DNA of 64,000 nucleotides from a virus (Duplodnaviria > Heunggongvirae > Uroviricota > Caudoviricetes). Shown piece after piece: positions 1 to 11,166 of the stretch. The translations under genes and the position numbers were made by a program. The notes under the pieces were generated by a model. That model was not told the origin of the DNA. It ran no database searches and saw only the letters and a list, made by a program, of their open reading frames with translations. Position 1 is the first letter of the stretch. Each line of letters opens with the position of its first letter. The stretch covers positions 304,711-368,710 of IMG/VR virus record IMGVR_UViG_3300015615_000629, one strand, 5' to 3'.

Positions 1-313
1 TTTGGTGCATCCTGTGAAGTGCGTTAATTTGGGCATCTTCGATGCTAGTTGCGACTAGGATGCAGTGAATTTCTGCTTTATTTTTATAGGCTAATTCTAT
101 AAAGGGTCGTCTACTTTCTACTGTTGGGAAGAGATTATCTAAGACTACATTTTTGCCTTGGCGTAGACAATTCTCCATTTTGGGCAACAAGTCGATAACT
201 TCGCCGCCTTGTGTATCCCGATTCAGATGGATGTAGCCTTTTTCGATATATTCTTTTGCGATGGAGCTTTTACCGGAAGCGGGTGAACCGCAAATTAGAA
301 TTACTTCTGTCAT
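1..313 (-). CDS. Polynucleotide kinase-like P-loop kinase (AAA_33/PNKP type), runs off the window edge
   Basis: Hand-translated from ATG at 313: MTEVILICGSPASGKSS...HLNRD...VVLDN, with Walker A and the Pnk-type RD/DN motifs. Not in the ORF track because it is truncated. Confidence 0.75.
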   Translation of the reverse strand, partial: MTEVILICGSPASGKSSIAKEYIEKGYIHLNRDTQGGEVIDLLPKMENCLRQGKNVVLDNLFPTVESRRPFIELAYKNKAEIHCILVATSIEDAQINALHRMHQ

Positions 314-596
314 GGGGAAATCTGTGGTTGGGGCGGTTTAAAGTTACCACGAACATCAAGCGGAACTGTATGTCCTGCTAATTCGACTGTTTTTGGGAAA
401 CCTTCTGGATTTTCTGGCTCGACTCTGAGTAAGAGGCAAGGGGTATAGAGAATCCCATTTTCTTCTGTGGTAGCGGAGTAAGAGACGCCGAGGGAGTAGG
501 CACCCTGATAATCGCCTAAAATAAGGCGATGTAGTTCGCTACCGGCTGTCTCGAACGCTGTTTGTAATTCTTCGATGTGCATGTTATCCTCTTCTG

Positions 597-1058
597 TTAT
601 AATGTAATTTCTTGTAGAGTGTTTCTATAATTAGCTTTCTCTCCTAAGTTAAAATAAGGAGGTGCTGAGAATTTGCTTTCCCACAGATAGTTTATTATGT
701 AGTCTACTGCGTCGGAGGGAATCTGTTTTACTATTAAGTTACGTTTATAATCTTCTCCAAGACAAATACCACCGCCGCAACACAACCATCCTGGTTCATC
801 ATAAAAATATTCATTATTTTTATCGAACAATAAGACGCTTATGTTTAGGGCGTAAAAAGTATTTTTGTTGCATTGTCTTAATAATATCTGATAAAAACAC
901 CCTGGAATATCCCGATAAAATGCCTCTGTATAGAATTCGCAAGATAAGGCAAAGACGGTTCGTTTTCTTGGTGGCTCATGGACATGAGCCCAAAAATATT
1001 CTTCCGGTCTACCGCTAGCGGAATAATATTTTATCGTTCGTTTTTGGATTATATTCAT
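597..1058 (-). CDS. Prok-E2_D-like paralogue 1
   Basis: PPRKRTV...GGICLG...YLWESKF, the shared family motif. Confidence 0.5.
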   Translation of the reverse strand: MNIIQKRTIKYYSASGRPEEYFWAHVHEPPRKRTVFALSCEFYTEAFYRDIPGCFYQILLRQCNKNTFYALNISVLLFDKNNEYFYDEPGWLCCGGGICLGEDYKRNLIVKQIPSDAVDYIINYLWESKFSAPPYFNLGEKANYRNTLQEITL

Positions 1059-1596
1059 CTGTTTTACTTTTTGAATTGGGCCAAGATTTTTCTACAATGT
1101 TTAGCGATTAGTTCTATATCTGGTTCACCTGCTTGGTGCCAAAATATTCTGCCTTCGATAGTACAAAATTCTGATATACTATATTCAATTAGTGGGGATT
1201 GGCACACGAAAATAAGGTCGCTTGATACGATGGGTTGAAGAACATTACGCTCGCGTTTAATAGGCTTTGTAAGTTTCTTTGCTATTTTATAGAAAGCCTT
1301 TTCCTTTTTAAGGTCTGTTAAATATGCTCTTAACTGAAATTCTCTATTGCTCCAACTGGAATAATTCGAACAAATAGTTCCTCTAACCAACCACGAAGGG
1401 TCTTTCAACAAATATGGTTGATAACCTTGAGCAGCGGCATTGTGTGTCGCCGCCAATAGGTCTTTTCTATATTTTGAAAAACTTTTCAATATTGGATCGT
1501 CGGTTTTCTTATCGACAATACTATTTTCGAGTTGTTCTAGGATGAATTCTGGATCGCTAGCCCAAGATGCAAGTCTGGACATCGACCATTGTTCGG

Positions 1597-1905
1597 CTAT
1601 TTTGTCGAATTCTTTGTCCATGTGTCTAGCTTATCCTTTAAGCGGGCAAAGGCTTCATCGGCAGGATATAAGTCACCACGATTTGCCTGATCGATACCGG
1701 CTTGCACATCGTCGCGTAAATTATTTTTGCCATACAGATTTATTGCCAACAAACAAGCACAGACCGCCATGCAATAGATGCCGACGGAGACAGGAATTTC
1801 AAAATAGGGAATTTCATACATACCCATTACAACTGTTCCTAAAAGGCCGATTAGGAACAGTTGTAAACCTAAGAATCCAAGAAAGGAGGCTCGTTTGAGT
1901 TTCAT
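1597..1905 (-). CDS. Two-TM membrane protein with ParD-antitoxin-like C-terminal tail
   Basis: Two hydrophobic segments, then LRDDVQAGIDQANRGDLYPADEAFARLK. Confidence 0.35.
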   Translation of the reverse strand: MKLKRASFLGFLGLQLFLIGLLGTVVMGMYEIPYFEIPVSVGIYCMAVCACLLAINLYGKNNLRDDVQAGIDQANRGDLYPADEAFARLKDKLDTWTKNSTK

Positions 1906-1919
1906 GTTTTTACCCCATT

Positions 1920-2378
1920 TTACTTCAATTCATTAGCAATGGCTTCCAATTCCATCTTAGCCCGCAATTCAGGGCTGATGATTGCATTGAGCCTTGTTTC
2001 GAGTGTGGCAAGCTTCTTTTTCTTGGCAGTGATTTGGATTCTGGTAATCCTTACCTTAATATCTTCAAGCCAATCACCTACGGTAAAGCCTTGCCAAGTG
2101 AATTCGGGCGGTTCTGTGACGCCAAGAGCCTTGGCGGCTGTATCGTAGGTCTTTTCCTTTTCAGCAAGGAATGCCGCAATACAGATTAATTTGCGGACAT
2201 CGCTTTCGACCTGCAAATTAGTTGCATCGGAGCCGCGTTCTGTATAAGAGAAAGAACAGTTGGTAGCAAAAACAGAACGTTCCGCCTTTGAAATTTCTTT
2301 CTTCTGGCGGGCAACTTCTGCAATTAGTTGCAGAGTTGTTTCGTCGGTTGTACCTTTTGCAGCCTTTACTTTGGCCAT
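1920..2378 (-). CDS. Hypothetical phage protein, coiled-coil
   Basis: Track ORF; likely start MAKVK at 2378, directly after the upstream gene. Confidence 0.55.
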   Translation of the reverse strand: MAKVKAAKGTTDETTLQLIAEVARQKKEISKAERSVFATNCSFSYTERGSDATNLQVESDVRKLICIAAFLAEKEKTYDTAAKALGVTEPPEFTWQGFTVGDWLEDIKVRITRIQITAKKKKLATLETRLNAIISPELRAKMELEAIANELK

Positions 2379-2379
2379 T

Positions 2380-3492
2380 TTAGCCGATTTCCTTTCTGTT
2401 GTCGTCGTTGTAGTAACGGGGATTGTAACCGGTTTGTCCAACTTTGAACTTTTGGCCGCTTTCCAATTCTACCCAAAGTTCTTGTTTGGTAGGTTCAACA
2501 TATTCGTGTGTTGTTGTCTGGCTTCCGTAACTACGGCGTCCAGATTTAAACCAATATTGGTTTATTCTGTCAAAGACTAACATGTCATCTTTGATAGAAA
2601 CTCTGAAGTTAAATGTTATTTGTTGTCCGTAATAGTGATCGTTGTAAGAATTACATTGGACATAGGTTCCTTCCGATTCTTGATATGTCCATACACGTTC
2701 ATTTTCGGCCTTTTTGGTAAAGAGCCTTACGGGCTTAGAACCATATTTAGTTTTATTGTATTTTTGGACAAGTTCGGCATAATTCGGAACAATTATGTCG
2801 GATTGAATTGCCGCAATGTTTTTAGGTTCAACGAAAGCAAAGCCGGCTTTATCCCAACTTTCTTTTCCTTTTTCTCGCCAAAACACATGCTTGTGTTCGC
2901 TTTTCCCTTCATATTTACCATCAATATTTGTTCTAATTGAATGTCTAACGAACCTTCCAAGGTAAATCAGAGGTTCTTGTTTCTTGTTAATATAAGTTGC
3001 TCCTGGGATTAGGTCTTTCGCCTTTACAGAAACCGTCTGTAATTCTGTAAAGTTCTTGGAATTCTTGTATTCTTGGGAATTCTCTGGGAGTAACACCAAT
3101 TCCGTTCCACTCCAAGAATACACGAAATTACCTTCTAATCCCTTGCCTTTGCTACAGTTACATTCTCTTAGGATAAAGAGAAGATTAGCAAGAGAGATTT
3201 CGAACTCAAAATCTCTGGGATCGTAGACACGAATATATTCATTGCGGGCGTTCCAACCATAACTTTCGCGTGCTCCACCGACACCCTTATTAAGAACAAA
3301 ACCGGATGTAGGCGTATTTTCAAATTCAAGCGGCTTGATCTTGTGGTCTCGCCAAGATTGCCATGACTTTTCTTTCCTCAATACACCTTTCTTATCATAA
3401 TAAATAACATAAGCTAGTTTGCCTGTATAAGTTCCTTGGCGATTTTGAAAACCAACATTGATCTTATCGGGGATGATGAGTTGGTCTTTCAT
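2380..3492 (-). CDS. Conserved large-phage hypothetical protein
   Basis: 370 aa. The GKLAYVIY...FENTPTSGFVLNK...RVYDPRDFEFEI N-terminal domain is one I recall from large phages. Confidence 0.6.
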   Translation of the reverse strand: MKDQLIIPDKINVGFQNRQGTYTGKLAYVIYYDKKGVLRKEKSWQSWRDHKIKPLEFENTPTSGFVLNKGVGGARESYGWNARNEYIRVYDPRDFEFEISLANLLFILRECNCSKGKGLEGNFVYSWSGTELVLLPENSQEYKNSKNFTELQTVSVKAKDLIPGATYINKKQEPLIYLGRFVRHSIRTNIDGKYEGKSEHKHVFWREKGKESWDKAGFAFVEPKNIAAIQSDIIVPNYAELVQKYNKTKYGSKPVRLFTKKAENERVWTYQESEGTYVQCNSYNDHYYGQQITFNFRVSIKDDMLVFDRINQYWFKSGRRSYGSQTTTHEYVEPTKQELWVELESGQKFKVGQTGYNPRYYNDDNRKEIG

Positions 3493-3914
3493 TTCAAATT
3501 TCCTTATGCTGGATTACACGCCAAATGTGTTTCATTTCTGGCATTTCTAAAGAAACGAGAATGCAATCTTCGAGTGGCTTAACCACGCCTTCTGGGAAGG
3601 CTTCTTTTAATTGTTGAACAACTTCATCAACGGTCGATTCAGTGTTGTTTATACGATTGGCTATTTCTAGCAGGGGTTTGGGACATGGGGCGGCGGCACC
3701 TGCCCGGCCTGGGTGAGGATTGTAGAAGAATTTGGTATGTTGTGAGTGTCCAGCCATAAGTCAGCCGCCTTACCAGTTGCAACAAAGAGTTGAAATTTAA
3801 ACAATCTTAAATCGAAAGCCCAATTGGACAAAGCCGTGTAATGGTGCTTCCAATTTACTTTCTTTGTTTTTGAATAATCTTTCTTGTCTCTTAGAGAGTG
3901 AAAACAGACTAGCA

Positions 3915-4322
3915 TTAGTTGAACCTATGTTTTAGGATTCGTTCGTAGGATTCTGTTGCTTTTACAAATTTATTTTTTGCTAAATTCGGATTTTCTAGAT
4001 TCTTATCGGGGTGATAAGCCACTTGCAACTGCCTATATTTGGATTCTAAATCTTCTTTAGAAGAGTTTGGATTTAACCCTAGATTTTGATAATCGTTTTC
4101 TAAAAGGTTTTGAGGTGCGTCGGCAAGTTCGTTTATCATCCTCTCTAAATCCGCCATTTCTCTGGCGTGGATAGTGTTCAATTTGTGAGTTATGTAGATA
4201 ATAACTCCTATGACGGCTGTGGTTGCTGCAGTTATGGTAAAATTAACCCAATCTCCGGTAAATAATGAATTTGTGGCTAAAGCAATTACAAAAATTAATG
4301 CAATAAGGATGACAACAATCAT
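3915..4322 (-). CDS. Membrane-anchored J-domain (DnaJ-like) protein
   Basis: Two N-terminal TM segments, then YQNLGL...YRQL...YHPDKN...F...ESYERI. Confidence 0.85.
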   Translation of the reverse strand: MIVVILIALIFVIALATNSLFTGDWVNFTITAATTAVIGVIIYITHKLNTIHAREMADLERMINELADAPQNLLENDYQNLGLNPNSSKEDLESKYRQLQVAYHPDKNLENPNLAKNKFVKATESYERILKHRFN

Positions 4323-4813
4323 TCTTTGACTTCTTTTAAATCATCTGAAATACAGACTAAGCAACGTATAAAAGCCTCAATAGGCATGGTCTGTTTAGTT
4401 GCGGGTGATATCCACACATCGCATCCGCATTTTCCACAACGTCCAACAGAGGCGTTAGGTACGGCACTTGGGCCGAACTTGCACGGCATACAAACGCAAA
4501 TTAACTCCCCTTTTGCTGCATTGTCGTCGATTTCTTTTTGATCGACAACTTGGATTCCGATAGATTCTAGGTTCGTAATGCCTTTAGCGGCAAGTTCAGC
4601 GGCTTGTAGTTGGCTTATTCCGATTGGTTCGTTGGGGTCGATTTTGTCCATTTAAAGTAATCCTCTCCAATGATGAAATCTAAGAAAAATGAACAAATCC
4701 CAATAGAAATAGAGGCCAACATAAACCTAAAGTTAAAAAGAAAAGCCCCGGCGAATAGTAATATAACCATTACTACCACCAGGGCTTCGCTAAACAACGA
4801 TAAGGATTTAACC

Positions 4814-5596
4814 CTATTTCTTCCAGACTTTAATATCTGCAAGTTTCCGACCTTCAAAAACATTGTTGGAACCTTCTGGAAGATTCGCACAATTCAACGA
4901 TACGGTTTCTTCTACCGGAACATCTGCCTGATCAGCAAGGTTTGCTACCTTTTCTGTATCCATTGAATACAGATTAGCCGTATTCAAAACGCCTCTGCTG
5001 CGGGCACCGTAAAACGCTTTCTTGGAGTAGGCTGCCTTGCCCAAATCCGTAGCTGCTGCCATCGGTGTAGCGTTATTATAGCACGCTACATTACCAAATC
5101 CAAGTCCCACGGATTTTACAAATTCGTAAATTTGCCCTTGGTCGCAACCAAGGAAAGAAATCGTCCACCTTCCGGTCGCTTCGCATTTCGCAATCAGGTT
5201 TTTGACGTCTTCGGGCTTGTAATTGCACTGATGGATCGGAACCGTATTTTCACCATCAGTAATAATAACAACCAGATAGGCACATTCCTTATCACCCTCG
5301 GTAAGGGCTTCCAGGTTTTGGATGGAATAGCCAACGGCATCAAACAGGGCTGTAGAGCCAACAGGTTGATAATCGTTCAAGGTGGCACGTTTAATCTCGC
5401 TCACAGGGACAAGCCACTTGTGTTCGAAAACTTGTCCGTTAAACGTGACCAAAGAAGCATCAATTTCTTGTTCTTCGGCATTTAAACGAGCTTGGTCAAC
5501 TTCTTCGTTGAAGAAATTAACTGCAACCTCTCTTCGACTCTCCATCGAGGATGAAGAATCTAAAACAATCAGCAAATGAGTACGTGGTTTCGACAT
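4814..5596 (-). CDS. von Willebrand factor A domain protein
   Basis: MIDAS motif LDSSSSM, plus GSTALFDAV and IITDGEN. Confidence 0.85.
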   Translation of the reverse strand: MSKPRTHLLIVLDSSSSMESRREVAVNFFNEEVDQARLNAEEQEIDASLVTFNGQVFEHKWLVPVSEIKRATLNDYQPVGSTALFDAVGYSIQNLEALTEGDKECAYLVVIITDGENTVPIHQCNYKPEDVKNLIAKCEATGRWTISFLGCDQGQIYEFVKSVGLGFGNVACYNNATPMAAATDLGKAAYSKKAFYGARSRGVLNTANLYSMDTEKVANLADQADVPVEETVSLNCANLPEGSNNVFEGRKLADIKVWKK

Positions 5597-5630
5597 TGAG
5601 TTTTTCCTTTTCTTTGAAATTTGAAAAATA

Positions 5631-5657
5631 CAGGAGGGAGTAATGTCCTCCCTCCTG
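5631..5657 (-). terminator. Hairpin, probable intrinsic terminator
   Basis: Perfect 10-bp inverted repeat CAGGAGGGAG/CTCCCTCCTG, followed by TATTTTT on the minus strand. Confidence 0.6.
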
Positions 5658-5668
5658 ATAATTGGTTT

Positions 5669-6706
5669 TTACTTATCCTTGGGCGACCACAACGAGTAGG
5701 TCATGTTCCCAAACGGACGGTACTTCATATCATTGGTAGTCCATGTCCAAGACGGTTGATCCACGACTAGGGGAACCACTTTTCGTGGACGAAACTCTAC
5801 CTTCTTCTTATCGGAAAAAGGGCCGCCGAAGACTCCCTCCTTAACGAGTCTCAACGGCATGATAAGATTAGGGAGTTTGTTTAACTTAACCAATTCGTCA
5901 AACCGGACAGCGGCTTGCTTGTAACGAACCCTCAATTTCTTAAGGGCATCGTTGTCCATGCACAAATCAATCAGATTATGAGCACGGTCAAGCCCGCCAT
6001 TTTCAGTAACATTAAGTTCGTGGCTCTCCAAAGCCAATCGAACCAATTGACGAATCTTTAAATCAATTCCAGCCCAAGATCGGCCAGTTTGATCGCAAGT
6101 GCCATCCGGTCGTAAAGGACGCCCAGGATAAAGCGGATTTTCATCAGCAAAGGCATCCGGAAGGTCGGTAATTTTATAAACCGCCCTAACGTCACCATCT
6201 ACGGTAACGGTATCTCTCCCAGGATATCCTTTTTGGATTTCCTTCAAGATTTCAACCGTCTTGTCGATGTTTACAGAACCATCATCCTGATAAACAACAA
6301 ATTTAAAACCTTTGGAAATCTCCGTAAGTCGTTTCACAACCGGAGAATCCAAATTTTCCAAATTAGCCGCAAATGCTGCTACCAATTCGGCAACAGTCAT
6401 TTTATCGGCTTTTTTGGTCGAGACATAAACCTTTGCAGGAGTAGTCTCTTCGTTTTCGTTACGCAAGAGATGCGTAACCTGCTTCGCCAGCAGAATCGGC
6501 TTTACTTTCAGAGTGTTAGGAAAACACTCAAGAATGTCTTCGTAGCGGAGCCTTTTGAGGCTTTCAAGATTCCCGCCCAAAGACTTAATGTTGTTCAGGA
6601 CTTCGTTGGCGTCGAAGGTATTTACATTCCCTTCGCCTAACACCCGAACATGTTCTTGCAGGGCTGTAGAAACAGCACCATACCTGTCGTCTAGCGACAT
6701 TACCAT
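5669..6706 (-). CDS. Hypothetical protein, 345 aa
   Basis: Long ORF with AAGGAG SD, its own promoter and a downstream terminator. Confidence 0.7.
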   Translation of the reverse strand: MVMSLDDRYGAVSTALQEHVRVLGEGNVNTFDANEVLNNIKSLGGNLESLKRLRYEDILECFPNTLKVKPILLAKQVTHLLRNENEETTPAKVYVSTKKADKMTVAELVAAFAANLENLDSPVVKRLTEISKGFKFVVYQDDGSVNIDKTVEILKEIQKGYPGRDTVTVDGDVRAVYKITDLPDAFADENPLYPGRPLRPDGTCDQTGRSWAGIDLKIRQLVRLALESHELNVTENGGLDRAHNLIDLCMDNDALKKLRVRYKQAAVRFDELVKLNKLPNLIMPLRLVKEGVFGGPFSDKKKVEFRPRKVVPLVVDQPSWTWTTNDMKYRPFGNMTYSLWSPKDK

Positions 6707-6777
6707 AGCAATCTCCTTTTTTTACGGTAGCTCGTTCGCTACCAAACTCGTCGCAGCACTATTGCTGCCACAATCGG

Positions 6778-6805
6778 ATTCTAGCATAGTAGAGTAGTTT
6801 GTCAA
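6778..6805 (-). promoter_or_regulatory. Sigma70-like promoter
   Basis: TTGACA-N16-TAGAAT with TGC before the -10. Confidence 0.65.
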
Positions 6806-7440
6806 CCAACTTTTTGGAAATTTTTTCTGATGCCCTTTAACTCCATTTCACCAGCCAAAGACATTATCAAGAGAAGAATTGGGGTTGTAAAATATCCGTA
6901 ATAAATTGCCAGCGGAGTTAATGACAAAAATAATAATTGACCCAACCTTACCGCATATTTTGTAGACCTCTCCAGGTCGTTAAATACCATATATAGTAGC
7001 GAACGATAAATTCGACCACCATCCATAGGAAAACAAGGCAGTAAATTGAATATAAACAAAGCGATATTTATACCGCCAATTTGGAGTAATATTTTCCAAT
7101 CAGTTAATGCCCACAAAGGTAAAAACAGGGTTGCCAATGCAACGTTCACCAATGGGCCAGCGATAGCAATAAAGAATTCTTTTTGCCCTGTGTAATTGTT
7201 TGAAATATCGACTTGGGCAATACCTCCAATGGGATATAATGTTACATCCCCTGTTTTTGCACCATATTTTTGGCCTGCATAAATGTGCCCAAACTCATGC
7301 AAAAGGACACTCGCTAAAGCAATGGTATAGATTAACCCTAAGTCAACAGATATAGTGTATAAAAGAGCAACATAAAATACTGTTGTCCAATGAATAGTAA
7401 CTTTAGTATTAAACAATCCTTCAAATGTAAATGTAAACAT
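6802..7440 (-). CDS. Site-2 protease (peptidase M50)
   Basis: HEFGH, AGPLVN and NLLPCFPMDGGR motifs; multiple TM segments. Confidence 0.92.
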   Translation of the reverse strand: MFTFTFEGLFNTKVTIHWTTVFYVALLYTISVDLGLIYTIALASVLLHEFGHIYAGQKYGAKTGDVTLYPIGGIAQVDISNNYTGQKEFFIAIAGPLVNVALATLFLPLWALTDWKILLQIGGINIALFIFNLLPCFPMDGGRIYRSLLYMVFNDLERSTKYAVRLGQLLFLSLTPLAIYYGYFTTPILLLIMSLAGEMELKGIRKNFQKVG

Positions 7441-7877
7441 TACCTTACCTTTTTGACTACGGCGGCGACATCGGCACTATTTACCATAGCGTCTGACGCT
7501 TTCAGTAATTTCATTGCCATTCCGATGGCTTTTCCCTCGGAATCCAGACTTTTCAATTCATTTTCATGTGGTTTTAGGAAATCAAGTATATCCTCTTGGC
7601 TCAAATATGTTGGAAGCAAATTTTGCAAAATTCGGTTTTCTTCAACCAACTTGTCAGAATGACTTTTTGAAAGTAGGGCTTCGTTTGACTCAATGGTCTT
7701 TGTTATAATTTTGTAGACTTGTTCGTCTGTAACAGCCTTTTTAGTTCGGGTTTCAAGCAATTGAGTCTCGCCCAAAACATATCGCAAAATAGTCTTTTCT
7801 TGTTCATTTTTCTGAATAAGTGCTGTCTTGATTAGGGACTTAAGTTTTTCAATCATCATTTTGAGATTCCTTTGCAA
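7440..7877 (-). CDS. GatB/YqeY domain protein
   Basis: LK..IKTALIQK...ILRYVLGE...EN.ILQNLLPTYLSQEDI...IGMAMK pattern; about 140 aa. Confidence 0.7.
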   Translation of the reverse strand: MQRNLKMMIEKLKSLIKTALIQKNEQEKTILRYVLGETQLLETRTKKAVTDEQVYKIITKTIESNEALLSKSHSDKLVEENRILQNLLPTYLSQEDILDFLKPHENELKSLDSEGKAIGMAMKLLKASDAMVNSADVAAVVKKVR

Positions 7878-8406
7878 AGATTTTTGCGAACAATATATGG
7901 GTTTTGTATTCGTCTATAAGATATTCATGGTCATCCCTGCCGACACCAGTTATAGTTTCTTGGATTGTGATTTGTTTATCTCTGTTATTACGCCACTCCG
8001 GTATTTTACGGCAGACTGTTTTCGTAAGGTCGAAATCATCGAGATATTCGTATCTTTTTGCAACTTCTTCTAGTTTCTTCATTTGATATCTTGATAAATC
8101 ACTGACGCCTGGGTCGTTTATTAAACGAATCATATATCTGGTTTTCTGAATAAATTCAGACCAATCGGCAATGGCTAAATCATAACCGTTAATGATATCA
8201 AGAACGTCTTTATTAATCGGGCCACGATGGGTGCCTACACAAATCCCGCCACAAACTGGAAGTCCAGATTCTTTAATAGATTCTCTATCCGCGATATAAA
8301 GCAGCTGACAGGCTCTTATTTCGGGTAAGGTTCTTGTTTCTTCACGCCGTAACAAAACAGATAACGCTTGCAGGGCTTGTCTACTATTAATTGGTAAGTA
8401 TTTCAA
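7849..8406 (-). CDS. Panacea (DUF4065/SocA-like) domain protein
   Basis: LLYIADRESIKESG.P...RGP...LS...L....PEW pattern. Confidence 0.7.
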   Translation of the reverse strand: MKYLPINSRQALQALSVLLRREETRTLPEIRACQLLYIADRESIKESGLPVCGGICVGTHRGPINKDVLDIINGYDLAIADWSEFIQKTRYMIRLINDPGVSDLSRYQMKKLEEVAKRYEYLDDFDLTKTVCRKIPEWRNNRDKQITIQETITGVGRDDHEYLIDEYKTHILFAKIFAKESQNDD

Positions 8407-8700
8407 GATAGCCGATTCCTTTGCAAATATCGCATCCTATAGATTTACAGTGGTCGCAGACTTTATAAATTTTGTCGTCGGGATTGTCATAGAGGCTTTC
8501 AGGTGCCCTTTTCTTTACCAGATAAAGGTTGCCTGTTTTCCACGGCTCAAAGAACAATTCCACGTCTTCATAAAGAAAGATTGGAGACGATTTGTACTTT
8601 CTAGTACCTATCGCCTTATCATCTGGTTCCCCTAATGTAGAGATTACCTCTTCCCTTGTCAAGGAAGGGCAATCAAGTATCCACTCTTTTAAAATTTGGT

Positions 8701-9150
8701 TCATGGTAGAGTAACGTTCATAGGAACGGCAATCCCATTAGAGACTGGAATTTCTTCCATAATTTCCAGCCTTTTATTTCTGAATATATCTTGGATTACG
8801 GCTGCGTGTCCACTGCTTATAACATAAGATGGACTTATATCGAAACTGGAAAACCAAAAATCATCTACAATGTGATGAAAACCAACTCTTCGACTACAAA
8901 TACAGTAATCTCTTCCTATATGTGGCAGCCCAGAATGAAAAACTTGTATTTCTTTGCCTTGCGGTTTGTTTTTCAATAAACCGAAGTAAACCACTCCAAA
9001 TTCATTGCCCCAAAACATGCTCCACGGAACTTCAATAGAAACCTTTTTGATAAGGTTGTAGCTACCAAAAGAACTAGAACCTATAACTGTTAAGGTTCTA
9101 GTTCTTGGCGGACAAACCAGATAATCTTCCACAATATAAGGAAAATTCAT
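8701..9150 (-). CDS. Prok-E2_D-like paralogue 2
   Basis: PPRTRTL...VPWSMF...GLPHIGRDYCIC...FWFSSF. Confidence 0.55.
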   Translation of the reverse strand: MNFPYIVEDYLVCPPRTRTLTVIGSSSFGSYNLIKKVSIEVPWSMFWGNEFGVVYFGLLKNKPQGKEIQVFHSGLPHIGRDYCICSRRVGFHHIVDDFWFSSFDISPSYVISSGHAAVIQDIFRNKRLEIMEEIPVSNGIAVPMNVTLP

Positions 9151-9450
9151 TTTAATCCTTTAAGGTGCCATTTTAGAAATTTGAAAATAATTAAATTACA
9201 AAATGTTCTGGTAAACGAAGGACTAGTATCAACCGCTTCCGCGATTTGGTCAGCCCAAAATCGGCTTAATCCCATATCGGTTGCCGCTTGTCTGTATTGC
9301 ATCCCAATATATTTTTTCTTATTTTTTAGGTAACACAACCCATTAATAGGACAAAAATGTTCTCCATCAATCACCATTCGCAGATAAGTAACCGATCCAT
9401 AATGGATGGTTTCCCACTGGACGTTTAGACGTTTAATTTCTCTAAGAAAT

Positions 9451-10107
9451 TTAAATATCGTCATTTTTTTGTTCTTCTAGATTTTCGGCTAATTCTTTCT
9501 TTAGTTCATCTATAATTTCCGCTTTTCTTTTCAGATCTTCCAGCCAAGAAAGCGTTTTAATTTTGCTCATCCACAAGCCGTGTTGTGGGTTTTTCTTGGG
9601 AAGTACACCTTTAGCGACTAGACCTTCTTTAAGGTCGTATTCACCATTTCTAACATCTTGAATAAGTTTTTTGTTAAAATTGCCTTCGTAGACTACTTTC
9701 GGTATCTTTAGGTGTCCAAATTTCTTTATAAAGTCTCTAGGCAGAATGAAGCCTTTTTTCATCAAATTTATATCTAATAGAACAACTTCATGTTCTTCTT
9801 CAAAGTTATGCCAACCAGCAATACTAGAAGGCCCGAAGAACTCACAATAGGCAATAAAGTTATCGATTCGATATTCTGATTTGACTATCTTCGGAAGTGC
9901 GTCACCATAAGTTTCTAGAAATAATGGTATAGCTTTGCTGAATTCAGGGTCGTTTTTGTCAAAAAGTCGGTGTCTTGTTCCAAACTTATCCCAGCCACGC
10001 TTTTTAGAGTATTCAAAGCGTAGATTGCTCCCGTCATATTTGTAGAAACATATGCAGGGACTTCTAGGGGCTTTATTCGGCCCTGGGATTGACAGATAGG
10101 CTTTCAT
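9451..10107 (-). CDS. ATP-dependent RNA ligase-like nucleotidyltransferase
   Basis: Motif I KYDGSN, motif III EFFG, motif IV EGLV, motif V KIK. Confidence 0.75.
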   Translation of the reverse strand: MKAYLSIPGPNKAPRSPCICFYKYDGSNLRFEYSKKRGWDKFGTRHRLFDKNDPEFSKAIPLFLETYGDALPKIVKSEYRIDNFIAYCEFFGPSSIAGWHNFEEEHEVVLLDINLMKKGFILPRDFIKKFGHLKIPKVVYEGNFNKKLIQDVRNGEYDLKEGLVAKGVLPKKNPQHGLWMSKIKTLSWLEDLKRKAEIIDELKKELAENLEEQKNDDI

Positions 10108-10521
10108 AGCAACTCACGTATCTTCTTCATTCTTTCAAGTAATGCTCTGTTTTCTTTTTGTAAACGATAATATTCGTTTTGAATTGCATCTACTCTTTCA
10201 GGACGGATTCTTACATACGTAAAACCTTGGGAATCAACCGGCCACGTGTGGCCAGTTCTCTCATAGCAAATTTCAAACCCTTCTGGCAAGGCGTCGAAAA
10301 GTGCTTCTTGATCGGCGAGCCATTCGGTATGGTGTTCCGAATCTCCCTTCGGATCAGAGGCATAAACCCCGGAATAGGGCAACTTAACCCGCATCATGAA
10401 TTCTGGGGATGGTTTAGCCATTTAATGGAATCCTTGCTTCAACAAATCCAGGGGTTCCACGCAATTTTCCCAGCATTTGGAAGTCCTCAAATAATGGAAA
10501 AAGAGCCGTATATACTGTAGC

Positions 10522-11166
10522 ATGAATTCTCTATTTTGTAAAATCGCTTTTTTAGTGGCTATGGTTTTGGTGGTTTTAGCAATCGCTGAACCATTAATTA
10601 CAGACAGATTCACAGAAACCGAAATAGAAGAAAAACCGGTTGAACAACCAACTGAAGAAAAAATTTGTGGGCCTGTAGAAGTGCCAGTTTCATTCCCTGA
10701 TACAACTCGTCCAGCGATAGAATATTTGCTGCCAGGACAGATAATAACTGTTCCCTGCAATATCATTATTCAAAGCAGATTTATGCATGGTTATTGGTTA
10801 GACGAAAAAAGAGAATATATTTTCAACATTTATATGAATTCGATATCCGACCCAAGATTAGTTAAAAAAGACACTAAACTTATAATAAAAAGTATAGTTC
10901 CGGATGGAGCCAATATAAGCGGAACTATTTTTGGTTGCGGTAAAAATACACTTATGCTAGAAGTGGTGTCTTCCGAATCTAGACAAAAAATGTATGTGTC
11001 TGTTATTGTTGGAAAAATTGGATTAATACAAAAAAGCGACTATTCTGAATCTTATTTTTATAGATTACATATTTCCGACACTAGAGAAGCGACAATAAAT
11101 GATATTTTAGCATATTCAAAAATACTTCATATTCCTGGCCAAGATAACATAGAAGAGATCAAATAG
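10522..11166 (+). CDS. Exported hypothetical protein (paralogue of 29848..30459)
   Basis: Signal anchor; shares MHGY.L, R.VKK.TKL and DIL.YS.IL.IPG with the paralogue. Confidence 0.7.
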   Translation: MNSLFCKIAFLVAMVLVVLAIAEPLITDRFTETEIEEKPVEQPTEEKICGPVEVPVSFPDTTRPAIEYLLPGQIITVPCNIIIQSRFMHGYWLDEKREYIFNIYMNSISDPRLVKKDTKLIIKSIVPDGANISGTIFGCGKNTLMLEVVSSESRQKMYVSVIVGKIGLIQKSDYSESYFYRLHISDTREATINDILAYSKILHIPGQDNIEEIK

